A DNA stretch of 63,339 nucleotides, filler included, from Reticulomyxa filosa (taxonomy: Eukaryota > Protista > Foraminifera), in the NCBI GenBank assembly GCA_000512085.1. It is 15 parts of 15 records of this genome, joined end to end, with 100 filler letters (N's around TTAATTAATTAA, not from the genome) between each part and the next. Parts side by side here need not be neighbours in the genome. Positions count along the whole stretch, not along the records: positions 62,183 to 63,339 come from ASPP01003262.1; 14 more parts are not named here. One strand, written 5' to 3'. Shown here in pieces: positions 62,596 to 63,339 of this stretch (positions within the stretch are counted from its first letter, which is position 1; every line of letters starts with the position of its first letter). Both the position numbers and the translations under genes were made by a program. The notes under the pieces were generated by a model that saw nothing but the letters and a program-made list of their open reading frames with translations, had not been told where the DNA came from and searched no databases.

Positions 62596-63339
62596 ACATA
62601 TATGAATGAATTTTTTGATTTATTTCTTTTTTTTAAGTGAAAAGACTTTGACAAAAGTTTGTTTTTACTAAAATTTGGATTGTTGTTAAGTATTTAAAAT
62701 TTTTTCTTCAAAACAAAATCATTGAAGCGTAATTTGAGCCAAGTTAACAAGAATACTTGCTCATATAATTCATATTCAATAATTTTCTTTTTTGATTATT
62801 CGTAATCTCCTTTTAATTTTTTTATTCAAAATATCATCAAACGCATAACATAAAAAATGTTGTATATATTGAAAAGATATTAAGTCCAACCGTAAGGAGT
62901 GACTGTAAACAGATTAACATCTATATTTTCTCTTTTGAGTTAATATTATTTTGGAATTTGGTTATCATAAACCAAACATAATTTGCTTTTAACACCCTGA
63001 CACAATTGGCACAAATTATATGTAAAAGGTGGAGATATTAAATTATCCTCAACGGCCAGAAAAGTTTAAAATTGAATTGATTAAGACTGTGTAGCATCAA
63101 TTCAGCACTTTGAATATCAGGTGCCTTTTCACATACAGATAAAAGCATGTTGTAAAATATGATATCTGGAAGAATTATTTGCTTTGCACAATTTCGATAA
63201 TATAATTGATTGGTTTAGTATATTTCAAATTTAATTTGATATGTTTCCAATAATTAATTGTAATAATCATGAAACTGGAACTATCTACATCTTTACACAA
63301 AAACATAATATCCAACTTTTTGTGTTTTCGAAAAGAAAA

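Noticed and set aside
62880-63339. Possible decayed coding sequence at the window end
   Set aside because: The frames I translated contain stops and no identifiable family motif.

Overview
This window is not one locus. It is about 15 short contigs joined by artificial 100-nt spacers (N44-TTAATTAATTAA-N44). Fourteen contigs are AT-rich, intron-containing eukaryotic DNA. A decayed polyubiquitin with an extra Ala at the monomer junction, plus Asn-rich WD40 and Kelch remnants, points to a rhizarian, most likely a Reticulomyxa-like foraminiferan (inference). Recognisable genes: an EF-hand multi-pass membrane protein, two UBR1-like E3 ligases, a Q/N-rich protein, a pyridoxamine-5'-phosphate oxidase, a TORTIFOLIA1/SPIRAL2-like HEAT protein, a small REDL-ended secreted protein, an MscS channel, a LONRF RING protein, a serine carboxypeptidase, a CDK, a CEP135/Bld10-like protein, a RasGEF, a GT64 glycosyltransferase, a CAMK-like kinase and an AP endonuclease. 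There are also many pseudogenes and a decayed non-LTR retrotransposon. One contig (58344-59614) is GC-rich bacterial DNA. The most intriguing unexplained feature is a ~253-nt tRNA-shaped element (29181-29433) whose anticodon loop is replaced by a ~190-nt highly structured insert. Also notable: five same-direction frameshifts in homopolymer runs, and A-rich rather than pyrimidine-rich 3' splice sites. All family calls come from motif recognition by eye; exon boundaries are partly approximate.
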